A stretch of DNA of 64,000 nt, taken from the NCBI GenBank assembly GCA_030390025.1, contig CM059432.1, forward strand, positions 117,306,001 through 117,370,000. Reading direction: 5' to 3'. The stretch is from Squalus acanthias. Its lineage: Eukaryota. This document shows, in pieces, positions 38,563 through 50,906 of the stretch (position 1 is its first letter; the number at the start of each line of letters is the position of its first letter). Made by a program: the position numbers and the translations under genes. The notes beneath the pieces are model-generated. The model was not told the DNA's origin and ran no database searches. It was given only the letters and a program-made list of their open reading frames with translations.

Positions 38563-38929
38563 ATAATAAAAACAGGAAATGCTGGAAACACTCAGCAGGT
38601 CAGGCAGCATCAGTGGAGAGAGAAACAGAGTTTACGTTTCAGGTCGATGACCTTTCATCAGAACTGGAAAATGTTAGAGATGAAACAGGTTTTAAGCAAG
38701 TACAGAGACAGGGAAAGGGGATGAGGGGAGGATAGAACAAAAGATAAGTTCTGTGATAGGGTGGAAGGCAGGAGAGATTAAATGACAAAAGGGATGATGG
38801 TGCAAGGTAAAAGGGGATGGTAATGGGACAAGTAAATAAACAAAAGATGGGTCCAGAGGAGCTGTGAATGGCAATAGCAGAATCATTACCACCACCTGCT
38901 GTCTGAAAAATGGGAGCCATGGTTATGAA
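38563..38929 (-). mobile_element. Penelope-like element 3' fragment
   Basis: Homologous to 15708-16010; perfect 12-bp TSD CCACTTACAGCT (38551-38562 / 38930-38941). Confidence 0.8.
38629..38665 (-). ncRNA. Minimal type I hammerhead ribozyme motif
   Basis: Minus strand reads AGTT-CTGATGA-A-AGGTC atc GACCT-GAAAC-GTA-AACT. Confidence 0.72.
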
Positions 38930-39139
38930 CCACTTACAGCTGACTGACTGTTAACTATTAACTGCCACTGACTTGCAGTTTTTTAAAGTAAGAAAACTAG
39001 GTTAGAGTTCAGTTTGATAAAACACACTTTGGGTACTACTCACCCACTACTTACCAGGGAATTCCCACTCTCACCAAATCCCCTTTATCACCCTGTTTAG
39101 CAGATTCACCCAACTCTCACCAAGGTGTGTGCTTAAAGC

Positions 39140-39375
39140 GTTTTGTGGATTAGTTATGCTGATAGATTTAGATGAGGAAGGACGGGCGGAGGCTCGAGTG
39201 GAGCATAAACACCGGTATGGACTGGTTGGGCCGAATGGTCTGTTTCTGTGCTGTATATCTTATGTAATCCTCTGTAGTGCTTAAAGAAAGAAAGAACTTG
39301 CATTTATAGAAAGCTTTTCACAACTTCAGGATGTCTCAAAAGTGCTTCACAGACAATTAAGTACTTTTGAAGTAG
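39140..39375. mobile_element. CR1 3' tail (+) abutting a SINE/L2 tail (-)
   Basis: GTTGGGCCGAATGGTCTGTTTCTGTGCTGTA, then AAAGAACTTGCATTTATAGA...TTTCACAAC. Confidence 0.65.
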
Positions 39376-39946
39376 TTAACACATTCCTTTGTCCACGAAG
39401 ATTGGCAACAGTAGCTTTGAGGCTTCTGTAATCCCATTCCCAATTACCTGAGCAGAGGGCTTGTGATCAGGTAACATGGCTGCGGCGAACCCTCCACGTA
39501 TTCCTGGGCCTGACCCAGAAATGCTATTTGCACTCTCACACAATGCTTCTGGTGTGTTGTGCATACTGCATTAACTGATGCTGCATTTAACATGATCAAA
39601 ATCACCATGTAAAGAATACATAACACTGCACAGTGGGGTGTGAAATAAAAGACGTGCTGACATTTTATCCCAAAGAAAAGGTTGTGGGGAGTCCACGGCA
39701 AAATGTCAGGAACAAACACACACTGAATCCAGCTGTGTGGTGCATGGTGTTCTTCACATAAGCTGCATATTGTCGACTGTTGAGAATAACACTGCTGCAA
39801 ACTGAGAGGTATCAGGAGTACAGACACTCTCAGTTTTGCCAGGATGGCTTTCGTTCTTCTTGACAATCGACATGACATGCAATTCAAGTTGTGACTGGTG
39901 TCTTTCACATCTTGAAGCAGCAGAATTTACTGGTACAGATATATAT

Positions 39947-41037
39947 ATTTTTTCATTCCTGGGATGTGGGCATCGCTGGCAAGGCCAGCATTTATTGCCC
40001 ATCCCTAATTACCCTTGAGAAGGTGGTGGTGAGCCGCCTTCTTGAACCACTGCAGTCCGTGTGGTGAAGGTGCTCCCACAGTGCTGTTAGGGAGGGAGTT
40101 CCAGGATTTTGACCCAGCGACGATGAAGGATTGGCGATATACTTCTAAGTCAGGATGGTGTGTGACTTGGAGGGGAACTTGGAGGTGATGGTGTTCCTAT
40201 GCGCCTGCTGCCCTTGTCCTTCTAGGTGGAAGAGGTCGCGGGTTTGGGAGGTGCTGCCGAAGAAGCCTCGGCGAGTTGCTGCAGTGCATCTTGTAGATGG
40301 TACACACCGCAGCCACGGTACGCCAGTGGTGGAGGGAGTGAATGTTTAAGCTGGTCGATGGGGTGCCAATCAAGCGGGCTGCTTTGTCCTGGATGGCGTC
40401 GAGCTTCTTGAGTGTTGTTGGAGCTGCACCCATCCAGGCAAGTGGAGAGTATTCCATCACACTCATGACTTGTGCCTTGTCAATGGTAGAAAGGCTTTGG
40501 GGAATCAGGAGGTGAGACACTCGCCGCAGAATACCTAGCCTCTGACCTGCTCTTGTTGCCACAGTATTTATATAGCTGGTCCAGTTAAGTTTCTGGTCAA
40601 TGGTGACCCCCAGGATGTTGATGGTGGGGGATTCGGCAATGGTAATGCCATTGAATGTCAAGGGGCAGTGGTAAGACTCTCGCTTGTTCGAGCTAGTAAT
40701 TGCCTGGCACTTCTGTGGCGCGAATGTTACCTGCTACTTATCAGTCCAAGCTTGAACGTCGTCCAGGTCTTGCTGCATGCGGGCATGAACATGGACTGCT
40801 TCATTATCTGAGGAGTTGTGAATGGCACTGAACACTGTGCAGTCATCAGCGAACATCCCCATTTCCGACCTTATGTAGGAGGGAAGGTCATTGATGAAGC
40901 AGTTGAAGATGGTTGGGCCTAGGACAATGCCCTGAGGAACTCCTGCAGCGATGTCCTGGGGCTGTGATGATTGACCTTCAATCACCACAACCATCTTCCT
41001 TTGTGCTAGGTATGACTCCAGCCAGTGGAGTGTTTTC
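39947..41037 (-). mobile_element. LINE family B, RT and 3' end
   Basis: ORFs 40734..41207 (GVPQGIVLGP, MFADD) and 40197..40661. Confidence 0.9.
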
Positions 41038-41040
41038 AAT

Positions 41041-41308
41041 GCAGGCTCATGGGAACACCACCAACTCCACGTTCCCCTCCAAGTCACACACCATCCTGAC
41101 TTAGAAGTGTATCGCCAATCCTTCATCGTCGCTGGGTCAAAATCCTGGAACTCCCTACCTAACAGCACTGTGGGAGTACCTTCACCGCACGGACTGCAAC
41201 GGTTCAAGACGGTGGCTCACCACCACCTTCTCAAGAGCAATTAGAGATGGGCAATAAATGCTGGCCTTGCCAGCGACGCCCAAATCCCAGGAACGAATTA
41301 AAAAAAAC
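41041..41308 (+). mobile_element. LINE family B 3' end, inverted relative to its neighbour
   Basis: Reverse complement of about 39955-40207, ending GAACGAATTAAAAAAAA. Confidence 0.9.
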
Positions 41309-41548
41309 TGTATGTGGAACATAATTACCAGTATTTGTACAGCAAAGAGAAAATAAGCAAGTGCTGAGCCAGCGAAAGAGAGGCCCATTTCTCTGAGTCT
41401 TGTGTACTAACTCTAGCACTTACTGTATGAGCTAAATTCTATTACAAAGTGCATAGATGTGGTTTGAGTATTGTAACTTAATTTAATCCCGAACATGCAA
41501 TGCTCTGTTTTTTGCAATACAGCATATTTTCTCTGTGTGCTTATGCAT

Positions 41549-41722
41549 ATTAACTTTTGATGAGGATTATGATTTTGTCACAAAATGGGCTTTAATGTCT
41601 CTTTAAGAATGCTGGAACTTGGGTAAGAATGGAAATTTTACAGAGATCATATTGGATTGGCAAATTGGTCTGATGCATTATTGAAGAGATTTGAGTTTGG
41701 CAAACAAATATGATCAGAGTTC
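41549..41722. repeat. Left copy of the ~175-bp direct repeat flanking the RTE
   Basis: Aligns by eye to 44499-44674 with about 11 differences. Confidence 0.93.
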
Positions 41723-44498
41723 TTTGGCGACTTCAACGCCATAGTTGGAAAGGACACAGACCTCTGGGGAGGTGTGATCGGCAGAGAGGGGGTAGGGAAA
41801 GCCAACTCCAACGGTACCCTTCTCCTGACAAAATGCTTAGAACATGGACTTGTCATAACCAACACCTTGTTCCGTCAGAGAGACAAGTACAAGGCTTCCT
41901 GGCAGCACCCTCGCTCCAAGCACTGGCATCTGCTGGACTATGTCATCGGCCGAGCGAGGGACCGCAAGGACGTCCACATCACCCACGCCATGACAGGAGC
42001 TGATGACTGCTGGACAGACCACCGCCTAATCCGCTCTGTCATCTCCATCAACGTAGCCCCAAAACAGCGGCGGCAACAGAAGCAATGCCGCAGGAAAATC
42101 AACGCTGGAGCACTCAAAGACCCTGCTAAGAAAGCCCTATTCAGCCTGTGCCTCACAACCAACCTGACGACTCCCAGTGATTCAGAGACACAGAGTGTCC
42201 ACAGCGCCTGGTCTGCACTCAAGGCCTCCATAATCAGCACCTGTGAAGAGATGCTCAGTCACTCGACCAGGAAACACCAAGACTGGTTCGACGAGTACGA
42301 CCATGAGATCCAGGAGCCAAAAAGCCGCAAGCGCAAGGCATTCCTGATCTAGAAACAGCAACAGAACTTGAGAGCAAGAAAGCAGCTCTACCGATGCCTG
42401 AAGGCCGAGGTCCAACAAAAAACTCGCGACCTAAAGAACAGACGGTGGGTGGAGAAAGTGCAGGAGATCCAGCAGCTAGCCAACAACCACGACATGCGTG
42501 GATTCTTTAGCGCAGTCAAGACCATCTACGGCCCAAGCACCCAAGGTCCTACCCCACTGCGGGCCAAGAATGGAGAGGAACTCATCAAGGACAGAGAGGC
42601 AGTCAGTGCCCGCTGGAAGGAGCACTTCGAAGATCTCCTTAACCGAGACTCTGTCTTCGACGCGAGTGTCCTCAACTCGATACCACAGCATGCTACCCAC
42701 CACCACCTCAGCACAACCCCAGCCCGGCATGAGATTGAAAAGGCCATCCAACAACTGAAGAACAACAAGGCCTCAGGAGCAGATGGAATCCCCGCCAAGG
42801 CGCTAAAACATGGCGGAGAAGCACTATTGGCGCGAATACATGAACTCATTTCTCTTATTTGGAAGGAGGAGAGCATGCGGGAGATCTCAGAGATGCCGTA
42901 ATCGTCACCATCTTCAAGAAAGGTGACAAGTCCGATTGCGGTAATTACAGAGGAGTCTCCCTGCTGTCTGCCACAGGGAAAGTCATCGAAAGAATCCTCC
43001 TCAATCACCTTCTCCCAGTGGCTGAAGAGCTCCTCCCAGAGTCGCAATGCGGATTCCGCCCACTACGGGGCACAATGGACATGATCTTCATCGCACATCA
43101 ACTACAAGAGAAATGCAGGGAACAGCACCAACCGCTGTACATGGCCTTCTTTGACCTCACAAAGGCCTTCAACACTGTCAACCATGAGGGATTATGGAGT
43201 ATCCTCCTCAAATTCGGCTGCCCTCAAAAGTTTGTCACCATCCTCCGCCTGCTTCATGACGACATGCAAGCCATGATCCTGACCAATGGAACCACCACAG
43301 ACCCAATTCACGTACGGATCAGGGTCAAGCAAGGCTGTGTTATCGCACCAATGCTCTTCTCAAACTTCCTGGCTGAAATGTTCCATCTCACCCTCCGTAA
43401 GCTCCCCGCTGGAGTGGAGCTAATTTACAGAACAAACGGGAAACTGTTCAACTGCCAGATCCAAGGTCGTCCCATCCTCTGTCATCAAATTACAGTATGC
43501 AGACGACGCTTGCGTTTGCTCACACTCTGAGGCCGAACTCCAAACCATCATCAACACCTTCACCGAAGCGTACGAGAGCATAGGCCATACACTAAACATC
43601 CGTAAGACAAAGGTCCTCTACCAACCTGCCCCCACCACACAGTACTGCTCTCCGATTATCAAAATCAATGATGAGGCCTTGGAAAACGTGGACCACTTTC
43701 CATACCTCGGGTGCTTACTGTCAACAAGGGCAGACGTCGATGATGAAGTCCAACACCGCCTTCAGTGTGCCAGTGCAGCCTTCGGTCGCCTGAGGAAGAG
43801 AGTGTTTGAAGACCAGGACCTCAAACCCAGCACCAAGCTCATGGTCTACAGAGCAGTAGTGATACGTGGCCTCCTGTATGCTTCAGAGACATGGACCATG
43901 TACAGCAGGCACCTCAAAGCACTGGAGAGGTACCACCAACGCTGCCTCCGCAAGATCCTGCAAATCCATTGGCAGGATAGGCGCACCAACGTCAGTGTTC
44001 TCATTCAGGCCAACATCCCCAGAATCGAAGCTTTGACCATGCTCAATCAGCTCCGATGGATGGGCCACATCATCTGCATGCCCGATACGAGACTCCCAAA
44101 ACAAGCGCACTACTCGGAGCTCCGACACAGCAAGAGAGCCCCAGGTGGGCAGAGGAAACGCTTCAAGGACACCCTCAAAGGCTCCTTGAAAAAGTGCAAC
44201 ATCCCCACTGACACCTGGGAATCCCTGGCCCAAGACCGCACGAAGTGGAAGAGAAGCATCCAGGAAGGCGCCGAACACCTCGAGTCTCTTCACCGGGAGC
44301 AAGCAGTAGCCAAGCGCAAACAGAGGAAGGAGCGCACGTCAACCCAAGCACTCCACCCACCCGCCCCTTCAACCACCGTCTGCCCCACCTGTGACAGAGA
44401 CTGTAGGTCTCGCATTGGACTCACCAGTCACCTGAGAATTCATTTTTAGTGTGGAAGCAAGTCATCCTCGGTTCCGAGGGACTGCCTAAGAAGGAAAG
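41723..44498 (+). mobile_element. RTE-clade LINE (5'-truncated; endonuclease part, RT, C-terminal CCHH finger), disrupted
   Basis: [52 protein letters not shown] (frameshifted), CPTCDRDCRSRIGLTSHLRIH. Confidence 0.93.
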
Positions 44499-44674
44499 AT
44501 TAGCTTTTGATGAGGATTATGATTTTTGTCACAAAATGGGATTTTAACGTCTCTTTAAGAATGCTGGAACTTGGGTAAGAATGGAAATTTTACAGAGATC
44601 ATATTGGATTGGCAAATCGGTCTGATGCATTATTGTAGAGATTCGGGTTCGGCAAACAAATATGATCAGGGTTC
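44499..44674. repeat. Right copy of the ~175-bp direct repeat flanking the RTE
   Basis: Aligns to 41549-41722. Confidence 0.93.
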
Positions 44675-45029
44675 GCAGTTTGTGCGCACACATTAAATTC
44701 CATTTATAAAAATGGGTTTCTGGGATTTTTACTGGTGTTTTAGATATTGAATTTCATGGTTCCAGCCATTTTTCTGTAAACTATAAAATTAGTGACCTTG
44801 AACCTTTGTGACAAATTAACAAGTAATGGACGTTCAGATATGTAGCACTGTGCAAAGGTGTGTAAACTTTCTTGTGTGTTTGTGGGTTGTGGTTTGAACA
44901 TTGGATGCTCTCTTTTTGGTGGTGGGTTCTTCTGCACCGCATTACCATTGGGAGGGGATCAACACGATGAAGATATTGGTGATTATGATGTTGCTGGCTC
45001 GTCTAAAGTTCCCCAAAAATTCAAGCTGG

Positions 45030-48000
45030 CACCAGTACTGGGATAAGAGGGAGCTGTTCTGTTTGGACGGGCTTCACTTGAACCATACTGGGGCTAGAGT
45101 CCTGGCGAATCGAATAACTAGGGCTGTAGAGAGGGCTTTAAACTAAATAGTGGGGGGGAGGATCCAGGTGAGTGGGAATTTAAAAAGTCGATGAGAAATG
45201 AGAAAGCAATAGAGCAGGATAGAGGTGGGGGAAATAATTACCAGGGTGTGACAGGAAGGGTTAGAATGTTTAAAGATAAGAGTGCAACAGAAAATGGGGC
45301 CAAAACAAGGAGAAATGATAAAAAGACAAAGTTAAAAGCTCTATATCTGAACGCACGCAGCATTCGTAACAAGATAGATGAGTTGACGGCACAAACAGAT
45401 ACACATGGGTATGATCTGATCGCCATTACAGAGACGTGGTTGCAAGGTGATCAGGCTTGGGAATTGAATATTCCAGGGTATTTGACAATTCAGAAGGATA
45501 GACAGAAAGGAAAGGGAGGTGGAGTGGCTTTGTTGGTAAAGGATGGGATCAGTGCGGTGGTGAGAAGTGATATTGGCTCAGAAGATCAAGATGTAGAATT
45601 GGTTTGGGTGGAAATAAAAAATAATAAAGGGGAAAAGTCTCTGGTGGGCGAAGTCTACAGGCCCCCGAACAGTCGCAATACTGTTGGACAGAGTATAAAT
45701 CAACAAATAATGGAGTCCTGTAAAAAAGGTACGATAATAATCATGGGTAATTTTAATCTCCATATTGATTGGACAAATCAAATTGGCCATGGTAGTCTTG
45801 AGGAGGAGTTCATAGAGTGCATCCGGGATGGTTTCCTAGAACAGTATGTAATGGAACCAACCAGGGAGCAGGCTAACTTGGATCTGGTACGGTGTAATGA
45901 GACAGAATTAATAAATGATCTCATAGTAAATGATCCTCTAGGAAAGAGTGATCATAGCATGGTTGAATTTCAAATTTAGTTGGAGAGTGAGAAAGTTGTA
46001 TCTCAAACCAGTGTCCTGATCTTAAACAAAGGCAATTACAATGGCATGAGGGCAGAACTGGCTAAAGTGGACTTGAAAAATAAATTAAAGGGTAAGACAG
46101 TTGAAATGCAGTGGCAGACATTCAAGGAGATATTTCATAACTCTCAACAAAAATATATTCCAGTGAGAAAGAAAATTTTTAAGAGAAGGGAGAACCATCT
46201 GTGGCTAACTAAGGAAGTAAAGGATGGTATCAAACTGAAAACAAAGGCATACAATATTGCCAAGATTGGTGGGAGACCAGAGGATTGGGAAATTTTTTTA
46301 AACCAGCAAAGGATGACTAAACAAATAATAAAGAGAGAGAAGATGAATTATGAGAGTAAACTGGCAAGAAACATTAAAACAGATAGTAAGAGCTTCTACA
46401 GGTATATAAAAAGGAAGAGGGTAGCTAAAGTAAACATTGGTCCCTTAGAAGATGAGACTGGGGAATTAATAATGGGGAATGGGGAAATGGCAGAGACACT
46501 GAACAAATATTTTGTATCTGTCTTCACGGTAGAAGACACTAACAACATCCCAATAATGGATAAACAAGGGGCCACAGGGAGGGGTGAACTAAAAACAATC
46601 ACTATCACTAAGGAAATAGTACTTGGTAAAATAATGGGACTAAAAGATGACAAGTCCCCTGGACCAGATGGCCTGCATCCCAGGGTCTTAAAAGAAGTGG
46701 CTGCAGAGATAGTGGATGCATTGGTTGCAATATACCAAAATTCCCTGGACTCTGGAGAGATCCCAGCGGATTGGAAAACCGCAAATGTAACACCCTTATT
46801 TAAGAAAGGAGGGAGACAGAAAGCAGGAAACTATAGACCAGTTAGCCTAACATCTGTCGTTGGGAAAATGCTGGAGTCCTTCATTAAGGAAGCAGTAGCA
46901 GGGCATTTGGAAAATCATAATGCAGTCAAGCAGAGTCAGCATGGTTTTATGAAAGGGAAATCATGTTTAACAAATTTGCTGGAGTTCTTTGAGGAGGTAA
47001 CGAGCAGGGTGGACAAAGGTGAACCAGTGGATGTGGTGGCTTTGGATTTCCAGAAGGCATTCGATAAGGTACCACATTAAAGGTTACTGCATAAGATAAG
47101 AGCTCACGGAATTGGGGGTAATATATTAGCATGGATAGAAAATTGGCTAACTAACAGAAAGCAGAGAGTCGGGATAAATGGGTCATTTTCTGGTTGGCAA
47201 ACGGTAACTAGTGGGGTGCCACAGGGATTGGTGCTGGGGCCTCAACTACTTACAATCTACATTAATGATTTGGATGAAGGGACCGAGTGTAATGTAGCCA
47301 AGTTTGTGGATGATACAAAGATGGGTGGAAAAGCAAGTTGTGCAGAGGACTCAAAGAACCTGCAAAGGGATATAGACAGGCTAAGTGAATGGGCAAACAT
47401 TTGGCAGATGGAGTATAATGTGGGAAAGTGTGAGGTTATACACTTTGGCAGGAAAAATAAAAAAGCAAATTATTGGCCCTGAAATTCGCCTCTCTGGCTT
47501 GCCGCGGGGGTAAGGATCGCGCGCGCACTTACCTACCGCGCCTGCCGTTGTGTTTTGGGCCCACGGGAACTTCAGCTTCTGGGCCTGCTCCAAGTGCCGG
47601 CGCGCAGTGCTTGCGTGTCCCAGGGGCGCAGTTAGTGCGATGCGTCCCCTGGGATCACGTGGGCCATGAAGAGCCAATGGCAGCAGACCATCTTTCATTC
47701 ATAGATTTGACAGGAAGACCTGTCAAATGTATGAATTGAAATCGGCCCCAAAAGAACAGCTAAACTTAAAATAATTTTTTAAAAACCATCACATTTATAA
47801 AATAACTATAGTTAAATAAATTAACCACTTTAAACAAAAATTAACATTTTCGAAAAATTAAAATACTTTTTAACAGTGCTGAAAATAAACTTACCTTTCT
47901 TTAAAGTATCTACAAAAGATAAACCTGTTGAAATTTTTTTAAATTATATTTAATTAACCACTTACTTTGTTGAAAACGGCTCCTGCGCCTCCTTTTTAAA

Positions 48001-48970
48001 TGTGCAGGTTCTTCAATACTTACCCTCCCGTAGAAACCTGAAAAAAACCCTAAGTTTGCTGCGTGCGGGCAGCCTCTACCGCACACGCGGTTCACCTATG
48101 AACCGCCCCCTTCACCAGACCAGAAGTTCCGGTTTCCCGCGCATGCGCAGTGCATGCAGGAAACCGGCACTTCGGGACGCCTTACGGGTGAGTACGCACT
48201 GTGGCCCATCATTTAAATAGAGAGAGATTACAAAATGCTGCAGTTCAGAGGGACCTGGGGGTCCTTGTGCATGGAACACAAAACGTTAGCACGCAGGTAC
48301 AGCAAGTAATCAAAAAGGCAAATGGAATGTTGGCTCTTATTTCAAAGGGGTTGGAGTATAAAAGCAGGGAAATCCTGCTACAACTGTACAGGGTATTGGT
48401 GAGACCACACCTTGAGTACTGCGTACAATTTTGGTCTCCTTATTTAAGGAAGGATATACTTGCATTGGAGGCAGTTCAGAGGCGATTCACTAGGTTAATT
48501 CCAGAGATGAGGGGGTTGACTTATGAGGAAAGGTTGAGCAGGCTGGGCCAATACTCATTGGAATTTAGAAGAATGAGAGGTGATCTTATTGAAACATATA
48601 AGATACTGAGGGGGCTCGACAAGGTAGATGCAGAGAGGATGTTTCCTCTTGTGGGGAAATCTAGAACGCGGGGGCACAGTTTTAGAATAAAGGGTCACCC
48701 TTTTAGAACTGAGATGAGGAGGAATTTCTTCTCTCAGAGGGTCATAAATCTGTAATTCTCTGCCCCAGAGAGCCGTGGAGGCTGGGTCATTAAATACACT
48801 TAAGGTGGAGATAGACAGATTTTTGCAAGATAAGGGAGTGAAGGGTTATGGGGAGCGGTCGGGGAAATGGCTTTGAGCCCAAGATCAGCCATGATCTTAT
48901 TGAATGGCGGAGCAGGCTCGAGGGGCCGAGTGGCCTATTCCTGCTCCTATTTCTTATGTTCTTATGTTTT
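45030..48970 (+). mobile_element. Near-complete CR1 LINE (ORF1 end plus full ORF2), disrupted
   Basis: DGLHLNHTG esterase end; endonuclease 45191..45979 (YLNARS, ITETW, YRPP, SDH); 45980..47080; RT 47216..47482; 48201..48755; (TTCTTATG)n tail. Carries a stop, a frameshift and a MITE insertion. Confidence 0.95.
47475..48207. mobile_element. Harbinger-type MITE family M1, copy 2, inserted in CR1 RT
   Basis: Starts GGCCCTGAAATTCG and ends TGGCCC, with a 3-bp TSD ATT/ATC. Removing it restores CR1 KKANY(Y/H)LN. Confidence 0.88.
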
Positions 48971-49087
48971 TAGAAATGCGGAAAATCATACGGGTTCCAT
49001 AATGGGTATCGGGTGATGCGCTCCGCCAGATCATGCGGTGGAAACAAACATTTACCCCAATACATTCTTCAACGGATGCGAGACAAG

Positions 49088-50010
49088 TGTTGAGCAGGTT
49101 GGGCCTATGCTTATTGGCGTTTAGAAGAATGAGAGGTGATTTTATTGAAACATATAAGATTCTGAGGGGGCTTGACAGGGTAGATGCAGAGAGGATGTTT
49201 CCCCTCATGGGGGAATCCAGAACTTTTTTAAAATTCGTTTTTATGGGATGTGGGCGACACTGGCAATGCCAGCATTTATTGCCCATCCCTAATTGCCCTT
49301 GAGAAGGTGGTGGTGAGCCGCCTTCTTGAACCGCTGCAGTCCGTGTGGTGAAGGTACTCCCACAGCGCTGTTAGGTAGGGAGTTCCTGGATTTTGACCCA
49401 GCGACGATAAAGGTTCGGCGATATACTTCTAAGTCAGGATAACGTGTGACTTGATGGGGAACTTGGAGGTGGTAGTGTTCCCATGCGTCTGCTGCCCTTG
49501 TCCTTCTAGGTGGAAGAGGTCACGGGTGGGAGGCGCTGCCGAAGAAGCCTTGGCGAGTTGCTGCAGTGTATCTTGTAGATGGTACACACTGCAACTTCGG
49601 TATGCCAGTGGTGGAGGGAGTGGCTATTTAAGGTGGTGGATGAGGTGCCAATCAAGCGGGCTGCTTTGTCCTGGATGGTGTCGAGCTTCTTGAGTGTTGT
49701 TGGAGCTAGGGGGCATAGTTTCAGAATAAGGCGTCACCCATTTAAAACGGAGAAGAGGAGGAATTTCTTCTCTCAGAGGGTTGTGAATCTTTGGAATTCT
49801 CTACCTGAGAGAGCTGTGGAGGTTGAGTCATTGAATATATTTAAGGTGGAGATAGACAGATTTTTGAACGATAAGGGAGTCAAGGGTTATGGGGAGCGGG
49901 CAGGGAAGTGGAGTTGTGGCCAAGACCAGATCAGCCATGATCTTATTGAATGGCGGAGCAGGCTCGAGGGGCCGAATGGCCTACTCCTGCTCCTATTTCT
50001 TATGTTCTTA
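49088..50010 (+). mobile_element. CR1 3' fragment interrupted by a family-B LINE (-) at about 49224-49706
   Basis: LSRLGL...ERMFPLMGESRT | insert | RGHSFRIRRHPFKTE... Confidence 0.85.
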
Positions 50011-50906
50011 AGTGAGATTGCAACTTCCCTCTAAACACCAATATGTGCATATCTTGATTTTTTTTGCTGAAATTGTCTATATTTATCAAAGTGTTTGGTG
50101 TTACTGGTAGAAAATTGAACACTTTATCCATTTTGATCATCTAGTGTTAGAACTGAGCTCTCTTAAGCCAGGTAAGTGGTTACAGTACCATCCATTGATG
50201 CACAAAACTCCTTTACATTTAGCATAAATTTATCTTAATGCTTCCCACACCAGGCAACCTTATGGCCATTCTGCCTGAGATTGCCAATTTGTGCCAGATT
50301 ATGAGTAATTTTGTGGCTTGAACTAATTCCCCCTAAGAAGTGGGATAACAGTGTCAAATTAATTTTATCTTGGTGCCTTACAGGGAGGAGACTTTTATCC
50401 CTATACATCAAAAATACTTCATTGGTTGTGAAGTTCTTTGGGATGTCCTGAGGACATGAAAGTTCTTTCTTTCTATCAGTCTGAGATATGTTTGAAATCA
50501 AGTCTCAATGGTAAAGAGGGAGCTGTTCCGTCGAGACGGGCTCCACTTAAACTGGGCCGGGACCAGCTTCCTGGTGAATCGAATAACTAGGGCTGTAGAT
50601 AGGACTTTAAACTAAAAAAGGGGGGGAGGGGTCAGGTGAGGGGAAATTTAGAATACTAAAGAGAAAGGCCAAGGGAATAGAGCAGTGTAGCAATTTGGGT
50701 ACAAATAAGCAGAGTGTGACAGGAAGGAACAGAGAGTTTAATGGTAGCAGTGCAGCAGAGAATAAGGTCAAAGCAGGGAATAATGGTAAAAAATTTAAAT
50801 TAAAGGCTCTTTATCTGAATGCGTGAAGCATTCGTAACAAGATAAATGAACTAGTGGCACAAATAGAGATAAATGGGTTTGATCTAATAGCCATTACAGA
50901 GACATG

